Source of the DNA: Candidatus Aadella gelida
Lineage (GTDB): Bacteria; Omnitrophota; Gorgyraeia; Tantalellales; Tantalellaceae
DNA length: 64,000 bases
Direction: 5' to 3'
NCBI GenBank assembly: GCA_030765205.1
Contig: JAVCDB010000106.1
Location: 906 to 64,905 of the forward strand
Shown: positions 46,361-57,002 of the stretch, piece after piece
Position numbering within the stretch: position 1 is the stretch's first letter
How the letters are laid out: each line of letters starts with the position of its first letter
Program-made: the position numbers and the translations under genes
Notes under the pieces: model-generated
What the model saw: only the letters and a program-made list of their open reading frames with translations
Databases searched by the model: none
What the model was told of the DNA's origin: nothing

Positions 46361-47430
46361 ACCGTTAACACCTCACATCCTTTATCCGTTACCAGAATCA
46401 TATCCTCTTCCCTAATACCGCCTAATCCTTCTACGTATAGTCCGGGTTCGATCGTAATGACCATCCCCTTTTTTAGTTTTTCCCGCGACCCAACCCGCAG
46501 GAAAGGCCTCTCATGAACCTCTATACCTATCCCGTGACCGAGCCCGTGAAGAATATTGCCGCCTAGATCCGCATCGAGAAACCTCTTATTTACCATACTT
46601 CCAAGCATCCCGATACACGTTCCATTCTTGACCATTCCTATGGCTTCATCATGTGCTTTGTGGACATGATCAATAAGCCCGCGAATTTGTCGGTCTATTC
46701 TACCGTTGAGGTATACTCTTGTCAAGTCTGAACAGTATCCCTTGTATCTAACCCCGAAGTCTACAAGCACATGTTCGTTTTCCTTCAGCCTACGAGAAGT
46801 AGGTATAGCATGAGGATATGCCGTATTTTCAGCTATTGCGGCTATGGTCGGAAAAGAATTTACGCATCCTGCCTGCCTTATTAGTACGTCTACCACAACG
46901 GCTATCTGCTTCTCGGTCATCCCTGTCCGGATCTCTCTTCGTACCTTTCTCCAGATACCCGTCGTTATCTTTGCAGCCTTGCGTATAATATCTATTTCCT
47001 GCTCACTCTTGATCTTTCTCATGTCAGCAAGAATACCTGGAACCGGGACACCCCCTTGAGATGATACGAATTTTATCCCGGGTATTATCCTTTTAAGACT
47101 ATTGTAGGCCGAAACTGAAACATATTCATCTGAATACGCTATGATCTTTATTCCTGATTCTTTAACATATTTTTTCAGACCATTCCTTACTGTTCCCGGA
47201 ACCAATAAAATGTCGGATTTTATCTCCCTCATTAGATCTTCTGCCAGGGCGTGGTTCATCGTATCTATAAGACAGATCGGTTTCCCTTTGCGTGGCACTA
47301 AAAGTACCATACCTGAAAAATAAAACCCTATGAGGTAACGCAGGCTCCGCTCATCCGCAAGATACAAAGCATCCGCTCCGATCCTGCTTATTTTAGCTTT
47401 TATTACTCTGAAATGTTTTTCGGCATACAT
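46357..47430 (-). CDS. Xaa-Pro peptidase (M24)
   Basis: RKIKS, PH, DFG..Y..YCSDLTR, HGLGHGIGIEVHE, EPGLY, GIREED. Confidence 0.93.
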   Translation of the reverse strand: MYAEKHFRVIKAKISRIGADALYLADERSLRYLIGFYFSGMVLLVPRKGKPICLIDTMNHALAEDLMREIKSDILLVPGTVRNGLKKYVKESGIKIIAYSDEYVSVSAYNSLKRIIPGIKFVSSQGGVPVPGILADMRKIKSEQEIDIIRKAAKITTGIWRKVRREIRTGMTEKQIAVVVDVLIRQAGCVNSFPTIAAIAENTAYPHAIPTSRRLKENEHVLVDFGVRYKGYCSDLTRVYLNGRIDRQIRGLIDHVHKAHDEAIGMVKNGTCIGMLGSMVNKRFLDADLGGNILHGLGHGIGIEVHERPFLRVGSREKLKKGMVITIEPGLYVEGLGGIREEDMILVTDKGCEVLTV

Positions 47431-47431
47431 G

Positions 47432-47872
47432 CTATTCTCGGCCCGCAGTTTTCATTATTCCTGATAAAGCTTTGATTCCTAGGATATAACTTTTCTTCCC
47501 GAATCCGCTTATCTGGCCGGTAACAACAGGCGCTATGAGAGACTTATGTCTGAACTCTTCTCTGGCATGTATATTTGAAAGGTGCACCTCAACAGAAGGA
47601 ACAGGCTTAGCTTTAAGAGCATCATGTATTGCTACGCTTGTATGAGTATATGCCGCTGGATTTATCAGTATTCCGTCTGCTTTGGTCCCGTTTATTTTAT
47701 CCACAATATCGCCTTCATGATTAGACTGATAACAGTCAATTTCAAGGTTTTCTTCTTTAGCCGCCTCGGCCATTGCGGAATTAATCGCCTCTATAGTCTC
47801 TTCCCCGTAAATATCCGTCTCTCTTTTTCCAAGAAGGTCCAGATTAGGACCATGGATCACAAGAACTTTCAT
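47432..47872 (-). CDS. aroQ: Type II 3-dehydroquinate dehydratase
   Basis: [35 protein letters not shown]. Confidence 0.97.
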   Translation of the reverse strand: MKVLVIHGPNLDLLGKRETDIYGEETIEAINSAMAEAAKEENLEIDCYQSNHEGDIVDKINGTKADGILINPAAYTHTSVAIHDALKAKPVPSVEVHLSNIHAREEFRHKSLIAPVVTGQISGFGKKSYILGIKALSGIMKTAGRE

Positions 47873-47884
47873 ATTAGGATCCTC

Positions 47885-48835
47885 CTATTTAAATTCACCT
47901 TTAATATTGCACCAAAAATACATTATTCCTCCTATTAAGCTTGCAAAGATCAAACCTGCCAACATAAGAAGGCTTGCGGCAAATGCGATCTCTTTTCCGA
48001 CTATCGGGGTAAAAAAAGCCAGGATAGCCCCTTCCCTTACTCCCAGACCGCCCAGAGACGGTACCATGCTTATCAATACCACGATCGGCATGATAAGGAC
48101 TATATCCCCAAGAGGTACTACTTTTCCTAATGACAAAAAGAACAAGGATACTACATAAAAATAAAGGCACTGCGCTAGCGCTGACGTAACTAACGATTTT
48201 ACTACAACCTCTTTCCTGTTCTTATAGTCATGCACTATTTTGTAAACTTCGTTAAGTTTCTTACCTAACCCGAACATCTTTATCTTAGAAAATACATTCT
48301 CAAGAAAAACCTCTACATTCTTATGGGTTACCACAAAATACCCCAATATCCCCAATATGCTCAAACCCATAACAATAGGCTTTGTTCCCGGAAGATCTAC
48401 ATCCCCTCGATAGAACATCAAAGATATAGCGGCTATCGCGAGAAATGTGTACAACCCTATAAAACGGTCCATAAACACGCTAGCATAAGACTTTAATTTT
48501 TCACCATTTATTTTTGAAGCATAATGCGCTTTAATAATATCTCCACCAACCGCCGTGGGCATAAAATTGTTGAAAAAATATCCCATGAATGTAAGCCGCA
48601 CGGAGTTCTTAAGTGTCAGGTCCAGATCCTCACCCCTGAATATTATTTTCATGCGGTATGCCTGCATACTTACATTTATAAGCAGCAGAAACATCGCCAG
48701 AGATATAATTTGTCTGTTAACACTTTTTAATGTTCCCCCTATCTTTCCCAGATCATCCTTCATCACCCACACTAAAAGACCCAAAAGACTAAAACTAACA
48801 AGAATGCGTATCAAGGTTGAAATATTTTTTTTCAC
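47885..48835 (-). CDS. Lysylphosphatidylglycerol synthase TM-domain (flippase-like) protein
   Basis: GYFFNNFMPTAVGGD, DRFIG, PSLGGLGVREG. Confidence 0.88.
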   Translation of the reverse strand: MKKNISTLIRILVSFSLLGLLVWVMKDDLGKIGGTLKSVNRQIISLAMFLLLINVSMQAYRMKIIFRGEDLDLTLKNSVRLTFMGYFFNNFMPTAVGGDIIKAHYASKINGEKLKSYASVFMDRFIGLYTFLAIAAISLMFYRGDVDLPGTKPIVMGLSILGILGYFVVTHKNVEVFLENVFSKIKMFGLGKKLNEVYKIVHDYKNRKEVVVKSLVTSALAQCLYFYVVSLFFLSLGKVVPLGDIVLIMPIVVLISMVPSLGGLGVREGAILAFFTPIVGKEIAFAASLLMLAGLIFASLIGGIMYFWCNIKGEFK

Positions 48836-49638
48836 TATCTGCCTCTCTTTCCGAGTTTTCGTTCAAGCCTACTCATCTGCTGTTCTGATGCTTTGTATCC
48901 TTCCAAGATAATCTCTTTCGATTTATCAAAATCAAACTGATCAACATTTCTAAGAACTGGTTTTATGCTCAAATCGGCTATTTTAGACTGATAAGAATTA
49001 AGTTCCTCTCCCATTATCTGAACAGACTGGATCAGAGCCGTTATCACGTTATTAATTTTCTGGGTTTTCACACAAAAACCCGGATCTACTGCTACAATGA
49101 ACGTTGCTCCGAATTTCCTCGCCGCTTTAGTCGGAATACTGTTGCGAACCCCTCCGTCTACCAAAAGTCTGCCGTCGATCTCGACCGCTGAAAATATACC
49201 CGGCCAAGAACAGCTTGCACGTATAAGCTTCACCATATCGCCTGAATCATGCGCTTTTTCTTCTCCCGCCTCAAGGTCTGTCGTGGTCAACGCAAATGGT
49301 ATCTTTAAATCGTCAAATCCCTTATCTCCTATTATGCCGGATATTATGTCCTCGAATTTGTTGCCCCTGATAAGCCCTGTTGAAAATAACCCCAGATCGA
49401 CTATATTAGGCCAAGTGAACTCAGATGCTTTTTTTTCTATATCTTCTGGAGAAATGCCCATACAATACGCTGCGCCTATGAGGCTTCCTATACTCGTTCC
49501 TACGATCATGTCAAAAGGCATATTATCAGCCCCGAAATGGTCCTCCAGCGCTTTAAGTACCCCTATATTGGATAACCCCCTAGCTCCTCCCCCTCCTAGG
49601 GCCAATATTACCTTTTTCTTTTTTTTTGAAAACCACAT
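48835..49638 (-). CDS. Patatin-like phospholipase
   Basis: GGGARG, GTSIG, DGG. Confidence 0.93.
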   Translation of the reverse strand: MWFSKKKKKVILALGGGGARGLSNIGVLKALEDHFGADNMPFDMIVGTSIGSLIGAAYCMGISPEDIEKKASEFTWPNIVDLGLFSTGLIRGNKFEDIISGIIGDKGFDDLKIPFALTTTDLEAGEEKAHDSGDMVKLIRASCSWPGIFSAVEIDGRLLVDGGVRNSIPTKAARKFGATFIVAVDPGFCVKTQKINNVITALIQSVQIMGEELNSYQSKIADLSIKPVLRNVDQFDFDKSKEIILEGYKASEQQMSRLERKLGKRGR

Positions 49639-49658
49639 GCTCGCCCTGCCTTTCTTTA

Positions 49659-50462
49659 TCAGTATGAGATAATTATCCCGGCATACCCCACTACATTATC
49701 TGTCTCCCCAGTAGTATACCCGGAGTCCGTATATTTGACCAGTTCTGCTTTTTTAGCACACAGTTTATTCACACACATTAGCATTATAGCTGCGGGTATA
49801 TACCCGCACATTGAAATATTATTCTCTTCTACAACATCAATTAGCCCTTCAGGATCAAGAGAAATAATTTTTTGTATTGCAATATCATCTTTCATCCGTG
49901 CCTTACCGCGAGCTTCATAATGCGTCATATCGCTGGACGCTATGATAGCAAACTCTTTCCCGGATTCCTTTATCGCGGAACAAATAGCTTCGGTGACTTC
50001 ATACATCTCTTTCTTTGACGCGTATTTGACCGATATGGGAACTATTTTAGCAGAAGAAGCGATACTTTTAATAAAAGGCAATTGTACTTCTATGGAATGT
50101 TCGTCAATATGAGCAGCCCTGTCATCTTCTATCTTTCCATCGCCTTTTTTGATAAAATCCAGAAGATCCATATCTATGTCAAGTGTGCCTAAAGGCGTTT
50201 CCCAGGCTTCATTTGACGAAGCGAAAACAGGTCCATTCCCGACATGATTCGGACCTATGATTATGTAGGTATCCTTTACACCTACTTTTGCATAGGTCTC
50301 TCCTGCCACTAATCCTGAATACATGTAACCAGCATGAGGAACTATGGCCCCTATAGTACGAGTTCTACCGTCACATTCGGGAAGGATACCGTCAATCTCA
50401 ATCCTTAACGCATCCTCTTCTTTTGGATAGAATTGTCCCGCAACCGCAGGATACCTGACCAT
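49659..50462 (-). CDS. AmmeMemoRadiSam system protein B (MEMO1 family)
   Basis: RYPAVAGQFYP, PHAGYMYSG, GPNH, EHSIEVQLPF, SSDMTHY, SMCG, VGYA. Confidence 0.93.
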   Translation of the reverse strand: MVRYPAVAGQFYPKEEDALRIEIDGILPECDGRTRTIGAIVPHAGYMYSGLVAGETYAKVGVKDTYIIIGPNHVGNGPVFASSNEAWETPLGTLDIDMDLLDFIKKGDGKIEDDRAAHIDEHSIEVQLPFIKSIASSAKIVPISVKYASKKEMYEVTEAICSAIKESGKEFAIIASSDMTHYEARGKARMKDDIAIQKIISLDPEGLIDVVEENNISMCGYIPAAIMLMCVNKLCAKKAELVKYTDSGYTTGETDNVVGYAGIIISY

Positions 50463-50468
50463 TTCATT

Positions 50469-50748
50469 CCCCTTCGTACTGTTAATAGTGCACTAGTATG
50501 GATATGATTATTATATGGTAACGTGGTGCGGAGGTAAAGAAATATTCGTACAATAAGATTGTAAGCAGTAGGCGGGGTTCTAACCCAGCCTACCATCAGT
50601 AAATGACTACGTACGAGTAGCCGGGGTTTAAACCCCGGCTACTGTTGTGGATAACTACGAACAAGGCAGCTCCCCTTAATACTGTTAACAATAAATGGGT
50701 TATAGTTACGAGTATTATATGACAACGCAGTGCAGAGGTAAAGAAATA
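50469..50748. repeat. About 76-bp direct duplication (promoter + SD) enclosing two GTAG-type REP palindromes
   Basis: 50469-50544 resembles 50672-50748; GTAGGCGGGGTT-CT-AACCCAGCCTAC (50568-50593) and perfect GTAGCCGGGGTTTAAACCCCGGCTAC (50617-50642). Confidence 0.75.
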
Positions 50749-50749
50749 A

Positions 50750-51022
50750 AGGTGTAGATATGTTCTTTTTTAGGAGGCGCCGAGAACGCGACCGAGGGAC
50801 ACCGTTCCCGAGGAAGTGCAGAGGGTAGAGATTCTCTGCTAATGTCCGAGACGAATGAGGATATAACTTATGGAGCTATAGCGAACATAAGTTATAAATC
50901 CGAATTTGGATCGAAATCTCCCGATTTCGACGTTTTGAAAGTCAGATTGATTTGAACCTTTGGGCATTTCCCCTGGGGACAGGTTTGGGAACAATTTCGG
51001 AAACGTCCCTATCTCTACGCCT
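50750..51022. repeat. Multi-hairpin non-coding element related to 5923-6066
   Basis: AATGTCCGAG...TCGAAATCTCC..TTTCGAC matches the reverse complement of about 5966-6000; inserted hairpin ATAACTTATG...CATAAGTTAT. Confidence 0.55.
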
Positions 51023-51035
51023 ATCTTTATGTTCC

Positions 51036-53843
51036 CTAATATTCGGTTCCGTCAGAATGGACGACAACTACCGCACTTTTATCTGGATCCAGCATATCCT
51101 TTGCCACGCTGACGATGTCTTCCCCTGATACCTTCTTTATCTTACTGGGATACGATAGATAATCATCGTATCCTAAACCATAAAGTTCATCGAGAGCCAT
51201 CCTTAGAGATATTGAGCTGTTTGTCTCTACCGAAAGAGCATTTTGTGTCACTAGTCGGTTCTTTGAAGATTCTATATCATATTCATCAATTTTTCCCTCG
51301 CGTACCATTCCAATGACTTCATCAACTGCCTCTCCCGCCTCGTTTAGATTCTCTTCTGTAGTTGCAATGTATATGGCAAAAAACCCGGGATCCACTGCCG
51401 GCACATTTACCGCACCTGAAGTGTAGGCAATCCCTTGTTTTTCTCTAGCCGTAAAGAACAATAATCCGTCCGATCCCGACAATAAGGCGCTTATTACGGA
51501 AAGAGGATATTTCCTGCTATCTCTGATCGTCACACCCCGAAACCCTGCAAGAAGTAAGGCCTGCTGTTTAGACATCTTTGTCTCAAACATTCTCTTTTTT
51601 TCAATAGGCAGAGAATCTTTTCCTTCCATTATCATTGAAGATCCTTTCCAGCCGGAAAATCTTTTTTCAAGATCTTTCAATTCGTTTTCTATATCAATAT
51701 CTCCACAAACGGTTATAACAGACCCTGCCGGGACGATACGTTCTCTGTAGAAGGACAATATCTCCTCTCTGGAGACCCTACCCACAGTATCTACTCTGCC
51801 TGATATTTTCATGCCATAAGGATCATTTCCGTAAAGAAGTTTTCTCAAATGATTTGTACCATTCTCAAAAATGTCTTTATCACTCTCATCTATTCCGGCA
51901 ATGATTTTCTTTTTAAGCTTTATAATTTCTTCTTCCGGAAAGATACTGTTCTTCAGTATATCTTCTATAATATCTATCCCCATACCTGCCTGTTCTGAAA
52001 GAAGGTCTAAAGTTACTCCTATACTGTTCATTCCGCTGAACGTATTTATCATTCCTCCGTACTCTTCAATTTCAGAAACTATTTCTTCTCCCGACCTTGA
52101 AGAGGTTCCTTTTAATAAAAGGGCCGCCGTAAGATTAGATATCCCGTTATTCTCTATATTTTCCGCTCTTAATCCTCCCTTGGCAGCAAAAGTAATAGAA
52201 ACCAGAGGAAGCCTGGCTTGTTTTCTAAAAATTATCTTGAGCCCGTTTTTAAGTGTAACTGCCTTTTCCTCAGCAGGCGGAGCTCCTTCTAACCGGACAG
52301 TTCGTTCTTCCGAAATCTTCCCGGGATCTGATTTGAAAAATTCTTTTATTCGTTCTACCCCTTCCGTGATCCCTTTTGCTATCTTTGAGGTCCTTCTCTC
52401 GTCCTTCTTCTTTTTATCCTTCGTCTTTTCGTTCTTTTCGTCAGGATCGCCTTTTAATTTTAACTCGGTCTTGATTATGTCTCGCTGTTCATTAGGCATA
52501 AGAAAAACCGTTGTAGACTTTTTTTCTGAAAAATATTTTGGAAGCATACTTTCGACATCGTCTTTCTTCACTTCCTGTATCTTGTTGACATATTTTCTGA
52601 AAAATAATGGATCATTCATCAGCATCTCAGAATTTGTCATAGCAGAATCTATATCTATTATCTTCTCATTAGAATGAAGATATTCTGATACAACAAGGTT
52701 CTTGGCGCGCTGCAATTCGTTCTCCAATACACCGTTATATTTAAGATCATCTATGATCTTAAATATTTCGTCCCTTGCTTCTTTTATTTTTTCGGGTTCT
52801 CCTATACCTGTTATAATGAACACTCCGGGATATTTAGGCGTATAATTGAAACTGGACACGTCATATAAAAGTTCTTTATCTTCTACCAGGCTTTTATACA
52901 ACCGGGAATCCTTACCGTTACCCAATAGAACGCTTAAAACATCCACAGGGTAAAGATCTTCCGAATAGAGACTGGTTGTATTAAACCCCATGGCCAGATA
53001 CCCCAGGGTAATATCCGCGCCGAACTCGGCCTCTCTAACTTCTTTCTGCGAAGGTTCACGCGGGATATCCGTTACATTTTTTCTCCCGCCCGTATATTCT
53101 CTTAATATTGCCGCAGACATAGGAACACTCTCTTCAAGCGGCACCCCGCCTACTACCCCCACTACCATTCCGCCGGCACCATAAGCAAGGGAATGATACG
53201 ACATGAGATCTTCACGGGTTAATTTCTTTAACCTCTCTTCCCATCCTATTATGGGATACCCGTAGACATGAGTTTTATATACTTCCGAGAACAACAACGA
53301 TATTCTTTTGTCTGCGGGATCGTCTTCCTTTAGCCTTATCTCTTTAAGGATAACTTCCCGTTCCATTTCCATTTCCTCATCCGTAAAGACAAGTTGCGTG
53401 ACCATATCCAAAAGTAATCTCAAAGCTGTCTCAAGCTGATCATTGGGAACCATCATATAGTAGTAAGCTGAGTCAAGCCCCGTAGCACCGTTTACCACGC
53501 CACCCATATGCTTTATTTTTTTGCGTAAATCTTCCGAATTGTATTTATCGGTACCTTTGAAAAGAAGATGTTCCAGGAAATGAGATATCCCGGTGCCGGC
53601 ATACTCCCCTTCATTTGATAATCCTGATAATACTCTAACTTGGACAGCTACAAGGGATGATTCCGGGATATATCCGCATATCAGTTTAGCTCCGTTATCA
53701 AGTTCGGTCTTCTCATAATCCAGAAAAGGTTTCTCGGCAAACGTGGTATGTGGAACACCTAGGAGTGTTAACATAAAAAAGCATGACACAAAAAATTGTC
53801 CCATGCTTTTCTTTGAAATAATAGCTGTAGATATTCGCTTCAT
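51036..53843 (-). CDS. M16 family zinc peptidase (fused halves, exported)
   Basis: Signal peptide, HFLEH motif, second inactive half, Lys-rich linker. Confidence 0.93.
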   Translation of the reverse strand: MKRISTAIISKKSMGQFFVSCFFMLTLLGVPHTTFAEKPFLDYEKTELDNGAKLICGYIPESSLVAVQVRVLSGLSNEGEYAGTGISHFLEHLLFKGTDKYNSEDLRKKIKHMGGVVNGATGLDSAYYYMMVPNDQLETALRLLLDMVTQLVFTDEEMEMEREVILKEIRLKEDDPADKRISLLFSEVYKTHVYGYPIIGWEERLKKLTREDLMSYHSLAYGAGGMVVGVVGGVPLEESVPMSAAILREYTGGRKNVTDIPREPSQKEVREAEFGADITLGYLAMGFNTTSLYSEDLYPVDVLSVLLGNGKDSRLYKSLVEDKELLYDVSSFNYTPKYPGVFIITGIGEPEKIKEARDEIFKIIDDLKYNGVLENELQRAKNLVVSEYLHSNEKIIDIDSAMTNSEMLMNDPLFFRKYVNKIQEVKKDDVESMLPKYFSEKKSTTVFLMPNEQRDIIKTELKLKGDPDEKNEKTKDKKKKDERRTSKIAKGITEGVERIKEFFKSDPGKISEERTVRLEGAPPAEEKAVTLKNGLKIIFRKQARLPLVSITFAAKGGLRAENIENNGISNLTAALLLKGTSSRSGEEIVSEIEEYGGMINTFSGMNSIGVTLDLLSEQAGMGIDIIEDILKNSIFPEEEIIKLKKKIIAGIDESDKDIFENGTNHLRKLLYGNDPYGMKISGRVDTVGRVSREEILSFYRERIVPAGSVITVCGDIDIENELKDLEKRFSGWKGSSMIMEGKDSLPIEKKRMFETKMSKQQALLLAGFRGVTIRDSRKYPLSVISALLSGSDGLLFFTAREKQGIAYTSGAVNVPAVDPGFFAIYIATTEENLNEAGEAVDEVIGMVREGKIDEYDIESSKNRLVTQNALSVETNSSISLRMALDELYGLGYDDYLSYPSKIKKVSGEDIVSVAKDMLDPDKSAVVVVHSDGTEY

Positions 53844-53873
53844 GATAAAGACATTATATACCGTACCGCTGAT

Positions 53874-56800
53874 TTATTCTACCTTTACACTTCGTATCAT
53901 ACTGGTATGATGCGTTATTTTAATAGCAATATCGTCCACTATAGAATAAATGCAAGGTATAACTATGAGAGTGAGAAGCGTAGCGAAAGCTATCCCCCAG
54001 CATACAGCGAGCGCCATAGGAACAAGAAAAGGATCCTTTCCCCCGATGCCGTATGCTACGGTAGAGAGCCCCCCTACAGTTGTTATAGTTGTTAAAAGTA
54101 CCGGCCTGAGCCTCATTTGACCGGCCTTCACTATGGATTCATATCTCTCGCTCCCATCATTTCGAAGTTTATTTATGAAACTTACAAGAACAATAGAATC
54201 ATTAACAACTATCCCATTAAGACCTACTATACCTAAAATGGCCATAAAAGAGAACGGCATTCCATGCACAAGAAAAGCAAATACCACGCCTATGAGCCCG
54301 AAGGGGATAGCCAGCATGACTATCAGCGGCTGGATAAGAGATCTAAAGAAAGACGACAATATGAGATATATAAAAAGAAACGCGAACATAAAAGCTTTTA
54401 ACAGGCTTAAAAGCGATTCCATTGTCTCTTCCTGTTCTCCTCCATATTTTACGGAGTATCCCATGTACCGTTCGGAAAGATCCTTGAATTTTTCTGAAAG
54501 CATTCTATTAATTTCTACAGGCGTTATTTTGCTAGCATCCACATTACATGAAACCGTTACCACGCGTTTCCCGTCCAGATGACTGATAGTCGTACTCCCG
54601 GGAACTTTTTCTATTTCAGCCACGGTTTTTAGAGGTATCAGATTCCCGTATTTGTTCCTGATAAAGATATCTTCAAAAACCGATATATCTTTACCGAATC
54701 CTTCCGGGAACATGATAGTAACATCTGTTTCTTCTTCCGCCTTAACAGGTTTTATCCTGGTAGCTACATTGCCTTCAAATACACTTCTGACCGTTTTGGC
54801 TACTTGTTGTATGGTTATCCCCGCTAAAGCGGCCTGATTGTGATCCACTTTTACCAGGATCTCTTCTTTTCCTGGCTTATGGTCCCATGTCACATCAGTA
54901 GTACCGTCAATACTCTTTAAAAAGTCCATATATTCAGCGGATATCGTGTCAAGAACTTCGAAATCCTCTCCTCTTATTCTGGCCTCAACAGCCTTCCCCA
55001 CAGGAGGCCCGGACTCGGCTTCTTCAAACCGGAATTCAGTAAATCCCTGTATATCTTTTGTTTTCGCGCGCAGTTCTTCTATTATGTCACTGGCTTTCCT
55101 TTTTCGGTCCTGTTCGGGAGTCAGGTATACCGCTATCTGTACCATATAGCTCGCAACACCCGAAAATGGATCATGCCTGTCTTCAGATATGCTCCCGACA
55201 GAAGTCACGAAGGTATCAAGTTCTTCTTCCGGAAGCTGAGCAACGATCCTTTCAACCGGCTCGATCAGATCATTGGTCTTCTCAAGCGGAGTCCCTATAG
55301 GCGCTTCGGCTCTGACAAAAAAGTAATTAATTCCGGCACTCGGAAAAAGCCTGAACTTCATTACGTTCCCTGCCAGAAAGACACATAGGATAAGGATCAT
55401 AGAGAATGTAAAAAGAACTTTATATCTTCTCTTTATAGCCCCTTCCACTACCCAGGTATATCCCTTGACCAGTTTCTCGAACCAGGGAACCTTTTTTGCT
55501 ACTCCCAATGATTTCCCTTTGACATCAACTTTTACTTTCACAAAATCCGCCAGATGACTCGGCAATATTATCAAGGCTTCCGCAAGAGATGCCAGAAGCG
55601 CAACAATAAGCACCAGAGGTATATCTCGTATGAATTTACCGATGATCCCTGTCATAAAAAGAAGAGGTGAGAATGCCGCGACAGTGGTAAATACCGCTGT
55701 GGTGACCGCTCCCATGACCTCTTCCGCCCCCTTAACAGCGGCTTCTCTGGGCGGCATACCTTTTTCTAGATACCTAAAAATATTCTCTGCAACGATTATC
55801 CCGTCATCAACGATCATTCCAAGAACGATGATCAGACCAAACATACTTATAAGATTTATGGTTATACCCATCACACTCATCACTATGAATGTCGTAAAAA
55901 ACGCTATTGGGATACCCAGTATAGCCATCATCGCGACACGTTTTTCAAGGAACAGCATCATCGAAAAAATTACAAGCACCAATCCGAACCATCCATTATT
56001 CTTGAGAACATTGAGCCTTCGCCTTGTAAAAAAAGAATAATCATTTACATACGATATTTCAAGATCATCCGGGCATCTCTTCTCAAAAGCTTCGGATACT
56101 TCACGTATTTTATCGACACAATCTATAGCATCCCCTGACTCCTTTTTCTGAACAACGAGATTAATAGATCGTGTTTCACGCGTTTTGTAGATAATACTCT
56201 CTTTTTTAAAGGTATCCTTAACCTCGGCAACATCCTTTATCTTGAGCCAGTTTCCGGAATCATTCGCTCTGATTATCACTTCCTCGACCTCAGCGGCTGT
56301 ATCGAATTCCCCTGTAGTCCTTACGCTATATTCTGTATCTGCGGTATTCATTTCTCCCGCAGGTATACTTATATTCCTTGAAGCCAGGGCTTCTTCAATT
56401 TCATCAACGGAAACATAATACTCCTCAAGTTTTTCGGGTATAACACGTACTTGTATCTCCCTATCCCTGTACCCCGACTTAGTTATTTTAGCCACCCCGT
56501 CGATATCCTCTATTTCATCTTCCAGCGCCTCGGCATACCCCTGCAATGTATGTTCGTCCATCTCCCCCGACAATGACACCTCAATAATGGCATATTGCTT
56601 TGACGTCATCTCTTCGACAATAGGATCCTCGTCTATAGCGTCCGGAAGCCCTTTGACCCTCTTCGCAGCACTTTCGATATCCCTTATGACACGTTGTTTA
56701 TTATCTTCATCCGGATCAAGCTTTATCTGTATCAAGGATATCCCGGCAGTCGAAGATGAACTTATTTCATCTATCCCGTCTACCTCTCTGATCTCTTTTT

Positions 56801-57002
56801 CCAAAGGTACTGTTATAAGTTTCTCTACATCCGCGGGAGTAGATCCAGGATAGGTTGTAGTTACGGTCACTCTATCAAAATCCACATTCGGGAATATCTC
56901 TCTGCTCATTCCAAATAATACCGTTACCCCCACTATCAAAATAATAGCGGATATCAGATTCACAAAAAGAGATTGATTAACACTAAATTTAGGTAAGCTC
57001 AT
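53874..57002 (-). CDS. RND efflux permease (AcrB/AcrD/AcrF family)
   Basis: 1042 aa, GMIVDDGIIVAEN, GIVVNDSIV, RLRPVLLTTITT. Confidence 0.95.
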   Translation of the reverse strand: MSLPKFSVNQSLFVNLISAIILIVGVTVLFGMSREIFPNVDFDRVTVTTTYPGSTPADVEKLITVPLEKEIREVDGIDEISSSSTAGISLIQIKLDPDEDNKQRVIRDIESAAKRVKGLPDAIDEDPIVEEMTSKQYAIIEVSLSGEMDEHTLQGYAEALEDEIEDIDGVAKITKSGYRDREIQVRVIPEKLEEYYVSVDEIEEALASRNISIPAGEMNTADTEYSVRTTGEFDTAAEVEEVIIRANDSGNWLKIKDVAEVKDTFKKESIIYKTRETRSINLVVQKKESGDAIDCVDKIREVSEAFEKRCPDDLEISYVNDYSFFTRRRLNVLKNNGWFGLVLVIFSMMLFLEKRVAMMAILGIPIAFFTTFIVMSVMGITINLISMFGLIIVLGMIVDDGIIVAENIFRYLEKGMPPREAAVKGAEEVMGAVTTAVFTTVAAFSPLLFMTGIIGKFIRDIPLVLIVALLASLAEALIILPSHLADFVKVKVDVKGKSLGVAKKVPWFEKLVKGYTWVVEGAIKRRYKVLFTFSMILILCVFLAGNVMKFRLFPSAGINYFFVRAEAPIGTPLEKTNDLIEPVERIVAQLPEEELDTFVTSVGSISEDRHDPFSGVASYMVQIAVYLTPEQDRKRKASDIIEELRAKTKDIQGFTEFRFEEAESGPPVGKAVEARIRGEDFEVLDTISAEYMDFLKSIDGTTDVTWDHKPGKEEILVKVDHNQAALAGITIQQVAKTVRSVFEGNVATRIKPVKAEEETDVTIMFPEGFGKDISVFEDIFIRNKYGNLIPLKTVAEIEKVPGSTTISHLDGKRVVTVSCNVDASKITPVEINRMLSEKFKDLSERYMGYSVKYGGEQEETMESLLSLLKAFMFAFLFIYLILSSFFRSLIQPLIVMLAIPFGLIGVVFAFLVHGMPFSFMAILGIVGLNGIVVNDSIVLVSFINKLRNDGSERYESIVKAGQMRLRPVLLTTITTVGGLSTVAYGIGGKDPFLVPMALAVCWGIAFATLLTLIVIPCIYSIVDDIAIKITHHTSMIRSVKVE

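Noticed and set aside
51871-52677. 268-aa plus-strand ORF and other long antisense ORFs
   Set aside because: Fully antisense to well-supported genes; Ser/Ile/Phe-rich shadow composition.
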